Virus record (IMG/VR): IMGVR_UViG_3300035633_000546
Location: 1-31,354 of that record
Length of the DNA stretch: 31,354 bases
Direction: 5' to 3' (one strand)
From: a virus
Taxonomy: Duplodnaviria > Caudoviricetes
In this document: one piece after another, positions 27,013-31,354 of the stretch
Layout: every line of letters starts with the position of its first letter
Position numbering within the stretch: the first letter of the stretch is position 1
Notes under the pieces: model-generated
Seen by the model: the letters and a program-made list of their open reading frames with translations, nothing else
What the model was told of the DNA's origin: nothing
Database searches by the model: none
Position numbers and translations under genes: made by a program

Positions 27013-27661
27013 ATTGAATCTAACCATTTTGGTACTTAGTTTAATAACGTCCCTTGTATTAGTATTCATATTTTCCATATCAGAGGCATTAAATTCCGCC
27101 AAACGAGTAAACTCCCTATATGGAAAAAGACCAATTGTTAATCAGTCTGTAGTACAGATTGATAACAAATGTAGTGGATTTATAGCTCAAAAAAATATAG
27201 TTGTAACTGCTGCCCATTGTGTAGAGCATACCGATATGCCAATCGTGCAATTCTACAATTACAAAATCGAGTTATTCGAAGTCAAATTCTTAGGAAATAT
27301 GGCGAACGGGAATGATTTCGCTGTCCTAAAGGGGAATACTCACGATTTACCCGCCCTACAAAACCATCCCAAACGTCCTGAGTTCTTAACCTCTATTATA
27401 CATTTCGGTTATAATTCCAGTCCTGCGCAGTGGGCAACTCCGGGTAAATATATCGGAGTTCTCTGTAAAAATAATGAGTGTGCACATTATATTGCAGCTC
27501 GTGTTGTACCTGGAGATTCAGGTGGTGCAGTAATTATATATGGAACTAATCTAGTTATTGGAATAGCTGTAGAATCTTATTGGCAATATGATGTAGCCCT
27601 ATCTGTAATTGTACCTATGGAAAAAATTATGCCGCACTTAGCTCCGCCCGACCTTGAGTGA
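26981..27661 (+). CDS. Membrane-anchored trypsin-like (S1) serine protease
   Basis: Catalytic triad motifs TAAHC, NDFAVL, GDSGG; CSG..TAAHC cysteine pair; N-terminal hydrophobic helix; GGAGG 5 nt before TTG. Confidence 0.9.
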   Translation: MRESTRSFLVKLNLTILVLSLITSLVLVFIFSISEALNSAKRVNSLYGKRPIVNQSVVQIDNKCSGFIAQKNIVVTAAHCVEHTDMPIVQFYNYKIELFEVKFLGNMANGNDFAVLKGNTHDLPALQNHPKRPEFLTSIIHFGYNSSPAQWATPGKYIGVLCKNNECAHYIAARVVPGDSGGAVIIYGTNLVIGIAVESYWQYDVALSVIVPMEKIMPHLAPPDLE

Positions 27662-28366
27662 TAGTTTTCCTGCGAAGTTATATCCACAATCTCTACACTT
27701 CCAGCGGCGGTTTGTAGTCTTTAGGGTATAATAATATCCCTTATTTTCCAGGTTATTACCACCGCAATTTGGACAATCCGTGTATGAATTCTTTATGTGG
27801 ACATTGGGGAGATTCTTTATAAACGGTGCCAAATGATTATAAACCATTTCGGTAACATCAATATCTATTCGACAATGATGAATAATCTCTTTAATACTGG
27901 CACGGTGCCCAGCTGCTGCCCGTGTCCAGACGCGGGGATTAACCCACGTCTTGACCTCTGGCTGTTCACCTGTTAGTTCCAAAAGAGCCTTGTGTACAGT
28001 ATCCAGGCGGTTGCTGGTAAACTTTAATTTTTTACGAGCTGTCCACCATAAATCTATATTAAATGGCTCACTTACTGGGGGATGACCATTTAACAGCTGC
28101 CGGGTTTGAATAAATGGGATATCAAAATATTTACCATAATATGTAATGATGGCATCTGCAGACTCAATGAGAGGTGTCAAGCTTTTAGCTAATTGGGAAT
28201 CATCGGTGCAATCTCGTTTAAATCTACTGGGGTAGTCTAATAAAGACCTAACTTTAGTCTTGCCTTCACCTAGCCACTTATACCCATAGCAGAGCATGAA
28301 GCCTTTGTTAGCTGCGAAATCAGTTGTTTCAATATCTAGTATTAAGAACTTCTGTTTTTTCTTCAT
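27638..28366 (-). CDS. DEDD/RNase H-fold 3'-5' exonuclease with C-terminal zinc ribbon
   Basis: LDIET, YYGKYFDIPFI, HCRID; CPNCGG...CRDCG. Confidence 0.85.
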   Translation of the reverse strand: MKKKQKFLILDIETTDFAANKGFMLCYGYKWLGEGKTKVRSLLDYPSRFKRDCTDDSQLAKSLTPLIESADAIITYYGKYFDIPFIQTRQLLNGHPPVSEPFNIDLWWTARKKLKFTSNRLDTVHKALLELTGEQPEVKTWVNPRVWTRAAAGHRASIKEIIHHCRIDIDVTEMVYNHLAPFIKNLPNVHIKNSYTDCPNCGGNNLENKGYYYTLKTTNRRWKCRDCGYNFAGKLSLKVGRS

Positions 28367-28713
28367 TATTCAACTTTCATTTTTTTCATGGTAATTGCAT
28401 CTAATATATCTAATTCTAATAGCTTAGCTAAGGTTAATTCAACTTTAACCCCAGCTGATTCTTCCCAGCCTGGAAGTAGAGCAATAGCGTCGGAATCACA
28501 TATTGCGTCAGTATCTCGTTTCATTGCATCTCGAAGAAAATTTTTAGGGAGTTTCGTGGTGTATTCGTGGATACCTACAACTCGATCTAGCTCTGCTGGA
28601 TTGATGGCGTTCCACCCCGCCTTTCTAAATCGCTTTGAAGCTTCATCGAAGGCTTCAAAATTAAAGTGCTTATATCCGCGCATAGGCCCGGCTATGTATA
28701 CAGTCTTACCCAT
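28366..28713 (-). CDS. DUF4406 / nucleoside 2-deoxyribosyltransferase-like protein
   Basis: VYIAGPMRG...NF.AF, NPAE, DAIALLPGWEES.G.K.E...A. Confidence 0.9.
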   Translation of the reverse strand: MGKTVYIAGPMRGYKHFNFEAFDEASKRFRKAGWNAINPAELDRVVGIHEYTTKLPKNFLRDAMKRDTDAICDSDAIALLPGWEESAGVKVELTLAKLLELDILDAITMKKMKVE

Positions 28714-28721
28714 ACAACCTC

Positions 28722-29105
28722 CTAGGTATGTGGACCAGCCGTTTCTTCAAGATGTGCTGCAGTCTCAAGGTAGGATTGTGTTAAGTCCTTTATGGTACGC
28801 TTATACCTATCATCTAGGTCCGGTCGTTCATTAATCATGCCAAGTAACATTCCTAAACAACAGATGGCATGAGCAACATGAGAAAGACCCGATTCCGGAT
28901 CGAGATCTTCGCCCATATTAAAAGCCTTTATATGGCGCTTAGCTGCGCCTAATAACCTCGTATATTTTATACCCCCACGCCAATTATGATCGCCGTACTT
29001 TTGAGCGCCGAACGCCATTACTTTTCCGACTTCCTCTTCGAGTTCGTGTGGAATTAGTTCCATTCTTGACTTTCCCTCGTCGTACTTTTTTCCGTTTTCC
29101 GTCAC
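28722..29105 (-). CDS. dATP/dGTP diphosphohydrolase domain protein (DUF5664)
   Basis: GKKYD.GK.R.ELIP, FGAQKYGDHNWRGG, RH, GEDLDPESGLSHVAHA, DDR; GTG start with GGAGG RBS. Confidence 0.9.
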   Translation of the reverse strand: MTENGKKYDEGKSRMELIPHELEEEVGKVMAFGAQKYGDHNWRGGIKYTRLLGAAKRHIKAFNMGEDLDPESGLSHVAHAICCLGMLLGMINERPDLDDRYKRTIKDLTQSYLETAAHLEETAGPHT

Positions 29106-29559
29106 TTACATCCTCCTGTGCTTTAATATTTACATACCAAAGACCCATACCAATGGCAGCTAACTCATCCTCGGATTCTACATGATTTTCATACTCGCAT
29201 AAGCGAGTTCGTTCACCATTCCAATCTACATATTTTTGCCACGATTTTACAGGAATGTCTACCGATATTTTTAAACCATCTCTGTAAAGCATTTGTCCAA
29301 TTGCGCCTATTGAATACATCAGAGGGCGCATAACTGCCTGTTTTCCCAATCTATTACTGACTGGAATATTCTCAAAATGTATTTCCTCGTAATTATACGG
29401 GTATATTTCAGTAGCATATTCTACGGCTATTTGGGATAAACGCTTAAAAACATCATTACCCGTTGCAGAAATGGAGCCCGAATTCAATAATCTAAAGTCA
29501 TCAAATATTGCCCACCCCGTTTTAGTACTGGCGGGATCTATGAACATTCTTATACACAT
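28984..29559 (-). CDS. RuvC-like Holliday junction resolvase
   Basis: FIDPASTKTGWA, HFEN, WQKY, EDELAAIGMG acidic motifs of the RuvC fold. Confidence 0.8.
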   Translation of the reverse strand: MCIRMFIDPASTKTGWAIFDDFRLLNSGSISATGNDVFKRLSQIAVEYATEIYPYNYEEIHFENIPVSNRLGKQAVMRPLMYSIGAIGQMLYRDGLKISVDIPVKSWQKYVDWNGERTRLCEYENHVESEDELAAIGMGLWYVNIKAQEDVSDGKRKKVRRGKVKNGTNSTRTRRGSRKSNGVRRSKVRRS

Positions 29560-29840
29560 TAGTGAACTACATCCCTATTACTATTATACATGGTAGCCTT
29601 AATAATACTGGATAATTCATGGATATTATGTACATCCAAAGGGCGTTCATTTAAATACTTTCTGATGATTTCAGCTACTTCCTCTTCATCGAGTTCCGGT
29701 TGAATTATCAAAGAATAACGTGCTAATAACTTTGAGAAAAATGCTATATCAGCTGGACCAACCTTTACACGATTTTCTTCGTATGGTAATAACTTATCCA
29801 TATCAAAAACAAACCCCATACTTTGTAAAAATTTATACAT
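29559..29840 (-). CDS. Hypothetical protein
   Basis: 93 aa coupled to both neighbours. Confidence 0.6.
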   Translation of the reverse strand: MYKFLQSMGFVFDMDKLLPYEENRVKVGPADIAFFSKLLARYSLIIQPELDEEEVAEIIRKYLNERPLDVHNIHELSSIIKATMYNSNRDVVH

Positions 29841-30342
29841 CGTCTTGTTCCTCTAATGCTGAAAAGAAGCGTCTATATCCATCATAACCTTCGAAAATCA
29901 TTTTAATTTCGGAAGCCCTAGTAATACCCACCATTGTTCCCGAGGAAACTAATGTACCGAATGTTTTAAACCAAGCTACAGATAGCTCCCCCACTAAAAT
30001 TACATCACCTGGATTTACTTCCATTTCGGGACTAATAACCCCCTCATTTTTACATGTAGGGCATTCGTAATTAGCAGAACGCATTCCAGTAAAATCTCCA
30101 CACTCTGGACAAGGCTTATAATATCCATCACCTACCATTAAAACATGGCAGAATACCGGGCGACCGACCCCTTGAGTTAATTCTTTATGTGATTCTGGCA
30201 TTGATGTCATAATCAAGCCGGACTTTGTTTTCTTTTCTTCTTCTGGCATTAGCTCAACTAATAAACAATCGCCGGTAAGTGCGTAATCCTTTTTACCTGC
30301 AATTTGAGCATTCTTAAATGTTTCTAAGTATTTACTCTTCAT
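29833..30342 (-). CDS. groES: GroES/Cpn10-like co-chaperonin with CxxC-CxxC insertion
   Basis: LTGDCLLVE, EKKTKSGLIM (mobile loop), VLMVGDG, EVNPGDVILV, RASEI align to GroES; CPEC/CPTC insert between VGDG and EVNPGD. Confidence 0.8.
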   Translation of the reverse strand: MKSKYLETFKNAQIAGKKDYALTGDCLLVELMPEEEKKTKSGLIMTSMPESHKELTQGVGRPVFCHVLMVGDGYYKPCPECGDFTGMRSANYECPTCKNEGVISPEMEVNPGDVILVGELSVAWFKTFGTLVSSGTMVGITRASEIKMIFEGYDGYRRFFSALEEQDDV

Positions 30343-31034
30343 TTCATTAACTCCTTAAGCCTATTTTTATTCACCTGAATATAACTAGATGCTGTATTTA
30401 AATTAGACCATCCGGCTATTCGACATAATTCAAACTCATTGGCCCCACGCTCTACTACACGGGTTAAACACGCCTTTCTTAAATCATGGGGCTTTAATCC
30501 AACTTTTCGTAATTCTCTCCAAAATTCATCGTATCCAATGGGTCGTGAGGGAGATGGCAAGTCAGTATGAAAGACCTCTCTACAGCGCCCGCCTTTGCCA
30601 ACCACCACACCATCTTTAAGAGTTTCGAACTCAGATACCCTAAGACCGTTCGAAAGAATCCAGTGTGCTTTTTTCTGACAATCATCATTTCCAATACGCT
30701 GTATGCGGGCACAGACTTCTCTATAGGAAAATTTAGCTGGAGTTCTACTATATGCGTATTTAAATAATCGTCGATTTTCTTCACGGAAGGTCCGGTATTT
30801 GTTATTTCCATGTTTATGTCCTTTTGCTATAAGCCAATCCCAAAATGAACATACTCGAATCCAGCACGTAACCCGACTATAGGGCTTATGCTTTTTTAAT
30901 GAATCCCATAGTAACGTAGGATCACCAGTTATACTTGGTAATAACCCCTTCAGTCTGTAGTACTCAGACCGCCGAGTAGTTGCTGACCAAGCTAACTCTT
31001 TGGATTCTATATATTTATTTAGTAGGTTGAGCAT
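30339..31034 (-). CDS. Small tyrosine recombinase (integrase/Xer family)
   Basis: GLRVSE (R), VVGKGG (K), HDLRK (H-x-x-R), AGWS (W), ASSY (Y). Confidence 0.9.
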   Translation of the reverse strand: MLNLLNKYIESKELAWSATTRRSEYYRLKGLLPSITGDPTLLWDSLKKHKPYSRVTCWIRVCSFWDWLIAKGHKHGNNKYRTFREENRRLFKYAYSRTPAKFSYREVCARIQRIGNDDCQKKAHWILSNGLRVSEFETLKDGVVVGKGGRCREVFHTDLPSPSRPIGYDEFWRELRKVGLKPHDLRKACLTRVVERGANEFELCRIAGWSNLNTASSYIQVNKNRLKELMK

Positions 31035-31354
31035 CAGGTTTAGGTGCCTTTCTATCTAATCCCGCAGCAGTAATAATATAAGATGCCTGTTGCTGATTAA
31101 TGGCTATTTGCTCGTTTAATACTAATTGTCCCTTTTCAATTACATCTAATCGGTCTTCGAGCTTTTTCGTATCAACGGGCTTAGGTATAGCGGGAACTTT
31201 TTTATTTTTAACAGCGTCGGCCATGTGTTCAAAACCATTGCCTAAAAAGAACCCAACACCTATAAACTGTAGTAGGTTTACCAAATTAGAGGATAACCCA
31301 CTAGGGGCCAAGAAATCCATTAGAATTCCAATTATAATAATTACAAAGCCTAAT
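31015..31354 (-). CDS. Two-TM membrane protein (holin-like), 5'-truncated
   Basis: Frame stays open to the window edge: LGFVIIIIGILMDFLAP...NLLQFIGVGFFLGNGFEH, followed by a coiled-coil tail. Confidence 0.55.
   Translation of the reverse strand, partial: LGFVIIIIGILMDFLAPSGLSSNLVNLLQFIGVGFFLGNGFEHMADAVKNKKVPAIPKPVDTKKLEDRLDVIEKGQLVLNEQIAINQQQASYIITAAGLDRKAPKPDAQPTK

Noticed and set aside
28388-30811. ORFs 28388..28834 (+), 30567..30767 (+) and 30494..30811 (-)
   Set aside because: Overlap clearly identified genes (DUF4406, recombinase) in antisense or alternative frames
1-31354. CRISPR array, tRNA genes, stop-codon recoding
   Set aside because: No regularly spaced repeats or cloverleafs noticed; genes are full length and tightly packed in the standard code, with TAA, TAG and TGA all used as stops

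Overview
This window is most of a tailed dsDNA bacteriophage genome (Caudoviricetes, podovirus-type virion module); no cellular genes, tRNAs or CRISPR arrays were seen. A long + strand morphogenesis operon (~1366-27661) encodes TerS, TerL, portal, scaffold, cement and major capsid proteins. It continues with a large block of fibre/spike and small beta-sandwich proteins, a tail adaptor and nozzle, two paralogous tail-collar fibres, a GNAT, three ejection proteins, a holin-like protein and a membrane-anchored trypsin-like protease. Minus-strand genes flank it on both sides. On the left is a DUF932/DUF945 gene preceded by a perfect sigma-54 (-24/-12) motif, with IHF-like and enhancer-like boxes further upstream. 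On the right are a DEDD exonuclease, a DUF4406/NDT-like protein, a dATP/dGTP diphosphohydrolase, a RuvC-like resolvase, a GroES with a zinc-finger insertion, a small tyrosine recombinase and a truncated 2-TM protein. Bases 1-47 are an exact inverted copy of 194-240 and are probably a fold-back artefact. All family calls come from motif recognition and gene order by eye, not from database searches.
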